Source: Bdellovibrio sp. (GTDB lineage: Bacteria; Bdellovibrionota; Bdellovibrionia; Bdellovibrionales; Bdellovibrionaceae). From it: 64,000 nt of DNA. Shown here piece by piece: positions 17,629-25,452 of the stretch. Positions within the stretch are counted from its first letter, which is position 1; each line of letters starts with the position of its first letter. Position numbers and translations under genes: made by a program. The stretch covers positions 2,560 to 66,559 of the forward strand of contig JABWCO010000001.1 in assembly GCA_013360185.1 (NCBI GenBank), read 5' to 3'. The notes beneath the pieces were generated by a model. It was not told where the DNA came from and did no database searches. It saw nothing but the letters and a program-made list of their open reading frames with translations.

Positions 17629-18203
17629 GAATTATAGCAGGAAAATATCGTGGACATCAGTTGGTCGCTTTCAAGGCCGATCACATTCGTCCGACCACGG
17701 ATCGAGTCAAAGAAACACTTTTCAACAAATTACAGTTTTATCTTGAGGGCGCCAAAGTCGTGGATCTTTTTTGCGGCACGGGCAACTTAGGGATTGAAGC
17801 GCTGTCGCGGGATGCAAGCTTTTGCACCTTCGTCGAAAAGAATCCAAAGTCTTTAGCAATCACACGCCAGAATTTGGACAAACTGAAAGTTCCCAAAGAT
17901 CAATATAAAATCATCAATATGGATGTGGTGGCCTATCTGAAATCCTATACCGGTGAATCCTTTGATGTAATTTTGGCAGATCCTCCCTTTACGGAAAAAA
18001 TGGCCCATGACGTAATGATGGCGGCCAGTCAATCTGCCGGGTTTGGTCCGCAAACTGTGATGGCGATTGAGTCTGAACAGAAAGAGCGCATGGATGAACA
18101 TTATGGTTCCATCGTGCGCTACAATCAAAAAGACTATGGCGATAAATTTTTAAATCTGTTCTGTCATGAAAGTGCTTTGCAAGAAGGTGAAGGCGATGAG
18201 TAG
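17625..18203 (+). CDS. rsmD: 16S rRNA (guanine966-N2)-methyltransferase RsmD
   Basis: MRIIAGKYRGHQL...IRPTTDRVKETLFN, GTGNLGIEALSRDA and ADPPF. Confidence 0.9.
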   Translation: MRIIAGKYRGHQLVAFKADHIRPTTDRVKETLFNKLQFYLEGAKVVDLFCGTGNLGIEALSRDASFCTFVEKNPKSLAITRQNLDKLKVPKDQYKIINMDVVAYLKSYTGESFDVILADPPFTEKMAHDVMMAASQSAGFGPQTVMAIESEQKERMDEHYGSIVRYNQKDYGDKFLNLFCHESALQEGEGDE

Positions 18204-18678
18204 AGTAGCAGTATATCCAGGCAGCTTTGATCCGATCACTTCAGGGCACGTTGATATTATCAATCGCATCGCACGCCAATACGACCAAGTGATTGTGTTG
18301 GTCGCGCAATCTTCACAGAAGAGTTCTATGTTTTCGGCTGAAGAACGTAAGTCTTTGATAGAAAAGTCCTTATCGCACTTACAAAATGTCAAAGTGGATA
18401 TTTTTGGCGGCCTGACTGTGGACTATATGAAAAAGGCCAACTCTAAAGTTATTATCCGCGGTTTGCGTGCCGTGGTGGATTTTGAATACGAGCTTACGAT
18501 GGCGAATATGAATCGCAAGATCGCGCCAGAAATCGAAACTCTTTTGGTTTTCGCCAGCCCCGAGTTTTATTATGTCTCGTCCCGCGGGGTCAAAGAGTTG
18601 GCTTTAAATAATGGCCCTTTAAAAGACCTGGTTCCAGAATGCGTGATTAAAGCCTTAGATGAAAAAATTAAGAAATAG
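18196..18678 (+). CDS. coaD: Phosphopantetheine adenylyltransferase
   Basis: VAVYPGSFDPITSGHVDIINR. The ATG at 18196 overlaps the rsmD end. Confidence 0.9.
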   Translation: MSRVAVYPGSFDPITSGHVDIINRIARQYDQVIVLVAQSSQKSSMFSAEERKSLIEKSLSHLQNVKVDIFGGLTVDYMKKANSKVIIRGLRAVVDFEYELTMANMNRKIAPEIETLLVFASPEFYYVSSRGVKELALNNGPLKDLVPECVIKALDEKIKK

Positions 18679-18690
18679 GAGCGGGTGTCC

Positions 18691-19890
18691 ATGGAGTTGT
18701 CGAAACGTGCACAGAATTTAAAAACGTCTCCCACCCTTTTTCTTGTCGCGAAGGCCAAAGAACTAGCGGCCAAAGGTCACGACGTGATCTCGTTGACGGT
18801 CGGAGAGCCGGACTGGCCTACTTTTAAAGCTCCCTCTGATGCCGGCATCGAAGCTATTCAAAAAGGACTGACAAAATACACTCCTGCCAACGGCACCGTT
18901 GAATTGCGCAAAGCCATCTCTGAAAAAATCAAAGAAGAATTGGGATTTGATTACGGTGTCAAACAAATCACAGTGGCTTCGGGTGCGAAATATATTATCT
19001 TTGCAGCATTGCAAATGCTTTGTTCCCCGGGCGATGAGGTGATTATTGCGACACCTTATTGGGTCAGCTATCCAACAATGGTGGAACTTGCGGATGGGGT
19101 GCCTCATATTGTCGAATGTGGCGAAGCTGAAAACTTTAAGATAACGCCAGAACTTTTGGAAAAAGCAATCAATCTAAAAACCAAAGCGTTTTTATTTTGT
19201 TCTCCCAGTAATCCGACAGGTTTGCAATACACGGCCGATGAACTAAAGGCTCTGGGTGATGTTTTGAGAAAGCATCCACAGGTCGCGATTATTTCAGACG
19301 ACATTTACAATCGCTTGGTTTTTGATGGCAGCAAAGTGGCGCCACATATTTTACATGTGGCTCCAGATTTAAAAGATCGTACGATCCTAGTAAATGGGGG
19401 ATCTAAAGCTTATTCCATGACCGGATGGCGCATCGGTTGGGCCGCGGGTCCTGAAAAGATCATCACGGCCATGGCTGATTATCAAAGTCAGTCGACAGGT
19501 TCGCCCTCCAGCATTTCGCAGCACGCTTTATTGAGCGCTTTGAAATCGAGTGAGGCCGATGTGAACGACGTGGTGAAAAAACTGATCGCCCGCAAGAAAT
19601 CAGGTCTTAAGGAATTAGCGACCGTCGAGCAATTTAAGGTGGCGGAACCCCAAGGGGCCTTCTATTTTTGGGTTGATGTGCGTGCGGTCTTGGGTAAGTC
19701 CTTTAATGGAAAAGTCATCCGCACTTCGAAAGACTTCTGTGATGTGCTTTTGGACACTTTCTTTGTTGCCACGGTGCCTGGTATTGAGTGTGGGACGGAA
19801 GGATACATGCGTTTAAGCTTTGCAGTTTCAGAAGACACCATGAAACGGGCGATCGCACGAATGAAAGAGTTCGTAAGTCAGTTGGTTTAG
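18691..19890 (+). CDS. Class I pyridoxal-phosphate aminotransferase (aspartate aminotransferase-like)
   Basis: GEPDWPT, SPSNPTG and GGSKAYSMTGWRIGW (PLP-Lys context). AGGAG lies 9 nt before the ATG at 18691. Confidence 0.9.
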   Translation: MELSKRAQNLKTSPTLFLVAKAKELAAKGHDVISLTVGEPDWPTFKAPSDAGIEAIQKGLTKYTPANGTVELRKAISEKIKEELGFDYGVKQITVASGAKYIIFAALQMLCSPGDEVIIATPYWVSYPTMVELADGVPHIVECGEAENFKITPELLEKAINLKTKAFLFCSPSNPTGLQYTADELKALGDVLRKHPQVAIISDDIYNRLVFDGSKVAPHILHVAPDLKDRTILVNGGSKAYSMTGWRIGWAAGPEKIITAMADYQSQSTGSPSSISQHALLSALKSSEADVNDVVKKLIARKKSGLKELATVEQFKVAEPQGAFYFWVDVRAVLGKSFNGKVIRTSKDFCDVLLDTFFVATVPGIECGTEGYMRLSFAVSEDTMKRAIARMKEFVSQLV

Positions 19891-20565
19891 ATGAATAAAA
19901 AGCATGTCCTTCTTTTTCTAGTTTTAGCGGTGATCACTGGTTTTTTGGTGTCTCGGGGGTTTCAAAGCCCTAATGGTGTTATCGCCGACTTAGTGACCGA
20001 AAGTGCCAGAAAGCCAAGTCCAGGGACTGCCGAGGTTGTGCGGTCAGGTGTAACGACTCTTGCGACGGCCGGGGCTTTTACGGCAGAGCCTGATCAAGAA
20101 AAACGCCAAGCGGCTTTTCGCCAGTGGTTTGAGTTTGAAGCGAAAGAATTAGAAAAATCTTCTACCGACCCAAAAATTCAAGAACAACGATTAACGGGAA
20201 TTGCACAAAAACTAAATGCCGCCGAAGTAACCTATTTGAAAAATCAAACTCTGGGAGAAAGCTCTTCGGCGAACGCGCGCATTCTTTCCGTGTATACGCT
20301 CAGTCTTGCTCCGGAAGTGACGAACTCGGCTTTGGAAGAGATCTCCACCGCGCCCTTAAGATATGACGGAGAACACCAGACGCACTCTCCGGAAGAAACT
20401 TTATCGATGCAGGAAAAAGCCCTGCGCCGGATGGCTTTGGACGGCCTTTTTATGCGGGCTCAGACTGATCTGGAGCAACGCGAAAAGTTAAAACGCATCG
20501 TCTCACAGATACCGGACCCCGCTTTACGCGAGTACGCGGAAAAACGCTTAAAATCCCTGCAATAA
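19891..20565 (+). CDS. Hypothetical membrane-anchored protein
   Basis: N-terminal hydrophobic segment HVLLFLVLAVITGFLV. It starts 1 nt after the upstream stop. Confidence 0.6.
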   Translation: MNKKHVLLFLVLAVITGFLVSRGFQSPNGVIADLVTESARKPSPGTAEVVRSGVTTLATAGAFTAEPDQEKRQAAFRQWFEFEAKELEKSSTDPKIQEQRLTGIAQKLNAAEVTYLKNQTLGESSSANARILSVYTLSLAPEVTNSALEEISTAPLRYDGEHQTHSPEETLSMQEKALRRMALDGLFMRAQTDLEQREKLKRIVSQIPDPALREYAEKRLKSLQ

Positions 20566-20647
20566 GTCGCCGCATCATCAGTTATTTTGGTGATCTTTAA
20601 GAACTTTGGAATAGTATTTCCCCAGTTTTCATAACAGAGGGGAAATT

Positions 20648-22006
20648 ATGAAAAAATCGTTTTTAGTTCTAATGACGGCCATAGGCCTTCTTGTAGGTGC
20701 GACCGCATCGGCGGCAAATTGTGTATCACAAAATGAGATGAAAGAAATTGCGTCTCACTTTACGCAGTTCAGAAATCTTGCGAACAAAGAATATTGCTAT
20801 GATGGTTCGCAGACTTCGAATCTGATTGCGACAATCATGTATATGCGCACGACGGCTTTTGAAGCGGACATGCCGAAAAGTTCAGACGAACTTTTCTCTG
20901 GCCGTTTTTCATCAAGCTGGTACGAATACTTTATCGGCCGCATTGCTGATATTAACGTGCAAGCAAGTTGCCCGAAAGGTGTTGGCGCTTACGTTTACGG
21001 CTTTGGTAACACAATGTATGTATGTCCAATGATGTTGACCGACAGTTTTTCTGCTTTAGATCGCGCCAGCGTGTTTATGCATGAAGCTCGTCACATCGAC
21101 GGTTATCCGCACACCACCTGCTCAAAAGGTCCGCGCAAAGGTTTACAAGGGGCTTGTGATAGAAGAATTGCTGATGGTGGTTCTTACGCCGTGACAGTTG
21201 AAACTTATGCGCAAATCGCGAAGTATGCGACGGACATCCATCCGGCGTTGAAAGCTTACTCTTTGGCGTCGGCAGTGACTTATGCTGATGAGACGTTTGA
21301 AACTCCAGCTAAGGTTGAACGCAGGGATGAGTTGCTTCTAGTCAGTAAAAATAAAAGCTTCTTTGCGTTGGATCTGACGAAAAGCAATCAAATCCAAGCT
21401 TTGGGTCAAGTTGCGGAGTTAGGTCACATCGTCAATCGCGCTCAACATTTGATCTTGTTCCCTGAAGACAAAAATCTTCCGGCGAAATACGTGTTCACAA
21501 AAAACGAAGGTGAAATCGCTCAAGCGGCGGGTGAGTCTGTGGTGGAGTACAACGCAGAAACTCCAGCTCAACGCGCAGAACTTTTAGATTTGCATATCGG
21601 TGCTCAGTGGATTGCGAAAGTTTACGCTTCCAAAGTGCGTTTTGCCTGTGATCCACGTTCTTCTGCGACTTCTGATCTTGAGCTTAAAGACACTCAAGCT
21701 GTGGGTATTGCTTACCTAACTGGTTATGATCGTGCAGGTCGTTTGAATCATTTGATGACGACAAATGGAACTGTTTATGAGTTCGGTTGCAGCGAAGCTA
21801 AAAAACCTTTCTTGCGCGCTTCGACTGTTAAGCTTGATCAAAACTTCAAACGCATCCACAAAGTGGGGAACGTTGTTGTCGGTTTGACTCCAGAAGGCAA
21901 CTTGTTCCAAATCGACGGTGTGAAGTCGACGCCATTGACGACGTCACTTGATGGACAGATCTATGAGATCGCTCCACGTCAGTCCTATGGTTTCTTCGGA
22001 AACTAA
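20648..22006 (+). CDS. Secreted hypothetical protein with HExxH motif
   Basis: Signal peptide MKKSFLVLMTAIGLLVGATASA. HEARH at nt 21080-21094. Several Cys residues. GAGGGG lies upstream of the ATG. Confidence 0.75.
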   Translation: MKKSFLVLMTAIGLLVGATASAANCVSQNEMKEIASHFTQFRNLANKEYCYDGSQTSNLIATIMYMRTTAFEADMPKSSDELFSGRFSSSWYEYFIGRIADINVQASCPKGVGAYVYGFGNTMYVCPMMLTDSFSALDRASVFMHEARHIDGYPHTTCSKGPRKGLQGACDRRIADGGSYAVTVETYAQIAKYATDIHPALKAYSLASAVTYADETFETPAKVERRDELLLVSKNKSFFALDLTKSNQIQALGQVAELGHIVNRAQHLILFPEDKNLPAKYVFTKNEGEIAQAAGESVVEYNAETPAQRAELLDLHIGAQWIAKVYASKVRFACDPRSSATSDLELKDTQAVGIAYLTGYDRAGRLNHLMTTNGTVYEFGCSEAKKPFLRASTVKLDQNFKRIHKVGNVVVGLTPEGNLFQIDGVKSTPLTTSLDGQIYEIAPRQSYGFFGN

Positions 22007-22032
22007 AAGAAGACTTTTCTTGAAAAACAAAA

Positions 22033-22068
22033 AAGGCAAAGAGTTCATGCTCTTTGCCTTTTTCTTTT
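22033..22068. terminator. Bidirectional rho-independent terminator
   Basis: 11-bp stem aaggcaaagag/ctctttgcctt with loop ttcatg. An A-run lies 5' and a T-run 3', between convergent genes. Confidence 0.75.
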
Positions 22069-22090
22069 TAAAAGCCTTTAAGAATCTGAC

Positions 22091-23266
22091 TTAAAAGAGA
22101 TTTTTAAAAAAGCTCACGATCCTTGCGAAAAAGCCATCCATCGTTGCGCCGCCGACTGAACTTGGGCTGCGATCCGAGCACTGGTATTTTAGATCCACGG
22201 TGTGGCCAGCAGGGACCGGGGTATCAAACACCAAGCTTGTACCCTCAACTCGGGAAGCCACAGTTATATTTGGCGTGATCGTCACCGTCACCGAATTATT
22301 GTAAGGTGCGCACTCCAGGGGAACTGAACTTAAAGAGTCATTGATTTTATCAAAGAAGAGATTCAAGTTCGTAGAATAGTCGCTGTCGCAAATACTGCCA
22401 ATGCCACCACCCGTTAGATTTGACAGCTCCGCATATTTTACGCCGTAATGGCTTTTTGCTCCGCCGGCGTCTTGAGAGCTTTTACAAGCAGTATCGTTAG
22501 GTTTCACAATGATCGAGTTCACGGTAAAGCGGCGTTCATTGCCGAAAACTTCTTTCACGTAAGCTACAAATACATTGGGTTTGTCTTCGTTTTCTAATGC
22601 TTTAAGTTCTCCGGAATAGAACTGTTGTGAGGCATCGCCGCCCACGCTGCGTTCGTCTTCGTCAGATATGATGATGTACGCAATGGCTGAATCAGGGCGA
22701 TAGCAGCCGCTGTTGCCGCTGTAACGAAGGTCGCCGTTATACACATGTCTATAAGCGGCTTTGATCGCGCGTTCGTCGTCAGAACCAACCCAGCCCGCGT
22801 TGATGTATTCGATGGTATTGGTGAAAATACTAGAAAGGTTGGGTGTTCCCTTTTTTAAGACGATGCCAAGGTCTGAGGAAGGAGTCGAATTTTTTTGCCA
22901 GTAAAAGGACGCGCCCCAAACATACTGATTGGAAGCTGTCGGTAAGGCGCGGGTCGGTGTGGCGCACATTTGCCAGTCGATATTGGAGCTTTGTAATTTC
23001 GTTACAAACCCTGATAAGTTCGCCGCCAATTTCTGGTTATCGGCCAACATTGAATTCGAGTCATCGACGATCAAGACGATATCTAACTTATTGTTCGAAG
23101 CCGTGATCACATTGTTATAATTAACATCACGTAAATTTCCGGCAGGGGTCACCGGGGTCGTATTTTCTTCTGATGAAGCGGAAAATTTCACAGGTCCGCA
23201 AGCACTTAAAGACAGCGCCAGAATTGCAGATGTCCAAAGCATCTTGCCGATAGAATTTCGAAGCAT
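22091..23266 (-). CDS. Lipoprotein with von Willebrand factor A (vWA)-like domain
   Basis: Lipobox LSLSACG. MIDAS-like motif DIVLIVDDSNSM. Confidence 0.8.
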   Translation of the reverse strand: MLRNSIGKMLWTSAILALSLSACGPVKFSASSEENTTPVTPAGNLRDVNYNNVITASNNKLDIVLIVDDSNSMLADNQKLAANLSGFVTKLQSSNIDWQMCATPTRALPTASNQYVWGASFYWQKNSTPSSDLGIVLKKGTPNLSSIFTNTIEYINAGWVGSDDERAIKAAYRHVYNGDLRYSGNSGCYRPDSAIAYIIISDEDERSVGGDASQQFYSGELKALENEDKPNVFVAYVKEVFGNERRFTVNSIIVKPNDTACKSSQDAGGAKSHYGVKYAELSNLTGGGIGSICDSDYSTNLNLFFDKINDSLSSVPLECAPYNNSVTVTITPNITVASRVEGTSLVFDTPVPAGHTVDLKYQCSDRSPSSVGGATMDGFFARIVSFFKNLF

Positions 23267-23400
23267 ATGTACACTCCCCTTTCATGCAGGATAGCACAGG
23301 CCAATTTGTGTGCCAAAGGCGCCCGTGGTCTAGGTCCTGCACATTTTAAGACCTAGGTCTCATTGTCGGTTGGACCTTGGGCAGACTAGAATAAATCTAT

Positions 23401-24339
23401 GTGTGGCGAGGAGGCCGGGTGAGCTTTTGGTTTTTACTCCAAGTATTGGTGAATCTAATTCTTTTAGCAGGTGTTGTAGGAATGTGGGTGCGCCTGAGCC
23501 GTCCGCGCAAAGATGATCCGCGCTTAAGCAAAGGTTTGCAGTTGTTGCAAAGTAAAATCGCCGTTCTGGAAGACCTTTCCGATCGTACGGAAACACAGGT
23601 CAATCAACTGACCTCGTTGTTAGAATCGAAAGTCAAAGACATCCAAACTAAAATCCAATCTGCCGACAAACAATTGGCAAAAATCGAACAGAGCATGCAA
23701 AAAAGTTTGGAAGTGGCCAAAATCTTCCAAGACCGTATTCCACACACAGAAATTCTTGAACGCCAGAATACGATCAAATATGTCAAAGCCGCTCGCTTGG
23801 CCCATCAGGGGATGAGTGTCGAAGAAATTGCTCGTCAAGTGGATCTAGCCGTCGGCGAAATTGAATTCATAGCAAAAGTAAACCGCGATCAACTGATGTT
23901 CTGCGAAGAAAGCCTGCCAGAATGGGTGCAAGCAGACGTCGCCGCTGACGAAGCCTTTCAAGCATCCGATATCAGTGACGTCGATAACATGAGCTTCATG
24001 GCCCCACTTCAACGCGATAATTCCCAAGACATGAGCAACGCCTTCGAAGTGCCAAAAACAGATCAAGAGGCCCTAAAAAAATTAGGCGACGCTTTCAAAG
24101 CAGCCTGCGCCCAAGTCGAAGAACAAGAAGTAGCAGCCCAACAGACAGCGAATAATGTTTCAGCGTTATTCAACGTCACCCAAAACCTAGCGCAAAACTT
24201 CTTAGGTGAAAAACCAACAGCAATCAAACCCACACCAGCAAAACCCGAACCCACAACGAAGCCCATCAACGCCAACAAAGAAGGCATCGTACGCCCCGTA
24301 CAATTCCGCAGAATTGATATGGCCAAAGACCTAGGTTAA
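23401..24339 (+). CDS. Membrane-anchored coiled-coil protein with HTH-like segment
   Basis: TM segment FWFLLQVLVNLILLAGVVGMWV, a coiled coil, and GMSVEEIARQVDLAVGEIEFI. The start is ambiguous (GTG 23401 or GTG 23419 after GAGGAGG). Confidence 0.65.
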   Translation: MWRGGRVSFWFLLQVLVNLILLAGVVGMWVRLSRPRKDDPRLSKGLQLLQSKIAVLEDLSDRTETQVNQLTSLLESKVKDIQTKIQSADKQLAKIEQSMQKSLEVAKIFQDRIPHTEILERQNTIKYVKAARLAHQGMSVEEIARQVDLAVGEIEFIAKVNRDQLMFCEESLPEWVQADVAADEAFQASDISDVDNMSFMAPLQRDNSQDMSNAFEVPKTDQEALKKLGDAFKAACAQVEEQEVAAQQTANNVSALFNVTQNLAQNFLGEKPTAIKPTPAKPEPTTKPINANKEGIVRPVQFRRIDMAKDLG

Positions 24340-24344
24340 AAAAA

Positions 24345-24587
24345 ATGGTCGCAAAGTCCTTCCTACAATCCCTAAAAAAAGGACAAATAGTAAACGCCCG
24401 AGTCGAAGAAATAAGCTCGGGCGGAGGCACCTTGTGCAGCTTCAACGGCGAACTCTTACTCATCACCAATCACACCGAACAAAAGTTTAAAGTGGGCGAC
24501 CCCATAAAGCTCCAAGTAAAAAGCCTAAACCCACTGCACTTCCACATCTTCGACTCCCGCCTTTCAAAATTCGAACGCGTAGTCTAA
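24345..24587 (+). CDS. Small hypothetical protein, possibly S1/OB-like
   Basis: GQIVNARVEEISSGGGTLCSFNGELLLI...KVGDPIKLQVKSLNP. It starts 5 nt after the upstream stop. Confidence 0.55.
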   Translation: MVAKSFLQSLKKGQIVNARVEEISSGGGTLCSFNGELLLITNHTEQKFKVGDPIKLQVKSLNPLHFHIFDSRLSKFERVV

Positions 24588-24620
24588 AAAAAGTATTGGT
24601 CAACGGATCGAAGGCAAGGA

Positions 24621-24773
24621 TTTGCGGCTTAGGATTTTAGGGGTCCATGGCCGAAGTGTCGACCTTAGCCGGCGCATGGATGCGCGAACCCGACTGCGCA
24701 GCAGGCGGGCGGCGTTGAGCATGGACGCGTGTCGACCGAAGCGCCAGGGATTCCTAAAATCCTAAGTCGCAAA
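24621..24773. repeat. Large GC-rich inverted-repeat element (153 bp) between convergent genes
   Basis: 21-nt arms tttgcggcttaggattttagg / cctaaaatcctaagtcgcaaa with one G:T position, extendable by 5 more pairs. The interior holds the gcgca-tgga-tgcgc hairpin and a duplicated gtgtcgacc. Confidence 0.7.
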
Positions 24774-24812
24774 GCCCCGCGTTCGGAAGCCATTTACCTT
24801 TAGTATTGAAGT

Positions 24813-25325
24813 CTACTTAGAGCTCTCTTTGATGAACAAAGTAAGATAATGGCGAACCATGTATTCCAATTTTACTGGAAGGCCTTGGTAAGTCCATACA
24901 AGCTCCCCAAACGCTCCCCATTTTGCTTCGACGATATGCTCGTCCATAACATTAGTAGCCGTTTGTTGATGCTCCATAGTGCCAGGAGCCGGGATGTAGT
25001 TAGTCCCAATGAAATTAAAACGCACACTGATTTGTCCCGGATTCTTTAACGAGAAAATCATTTTGAAGCCGTTACGGAACAGCATGAAGTCAGCGTGGGT
25101 CTTAGCAATGCCATAGATTTTGATACGTCCTAAAGCAGAAGGCTTTAGTTCATTGAAGTTGCTAGAAGCATCGACGAATTCAGTTTTAAGAGCCAAAAGG
25201 AATTGAATTGATTCTGTTACCAAAATGCGGTCTGAATCAAAACCGAAACTCATATCGACGAGTCCCGACTCTTCCATTTGTTGCTCAGCTTTCACAAGTT
25301 CTTTAATCCAGCTGATTTTCTCCAT
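24813..25325 (-). CDS. Hypothetical protein
   Basis: The ATG at 25325 is preceded by a GGGGGGA-type RBS. The longer ORF reaching 25364 is less likely. Confidence 0.6.
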   Translation of the reverse strand: MEKISWIKELVKAEQQMEESGLVDMSFGFDSDRILVTESIQFLLALKTEFVDASSNFNELKPSALGRIKIYGIAKTHADFMLFRNGFKMIFSLKNPGQISVRFNFIGTNYIPAPGTMEHQQTATNVMDEHIVEAKWGAFGELVWTYQGLPVKLEYMVRHYLTLFIKESSK

Positions 25326-25452
25326 GATGAATCCCCCCAAGGTGCCGACAGCGTGTTGCAGCATCCGAGCTACTAGTTGTCGTTATCTTCAATGATTTCG
25401 AGGGGCTCGCTCTTTGTCAAGACCGAGCGGTTTGGCTCGGCGCGAAAGTTTA

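Noticed and set aside
23348-24336. An 11-bp direct repeat aagacctaggt flanks the 23401-24339 gene (23348-23358 and 24326-24336). CCTAGGT-like strings also occur at about 1491 and 23329.
   Set aside because: By my rough estimate, about 15 chance 11-mer pairs within 1 kb are expected in a 64-kb window. There is no integrase, no inverted repeat and no compositional break.
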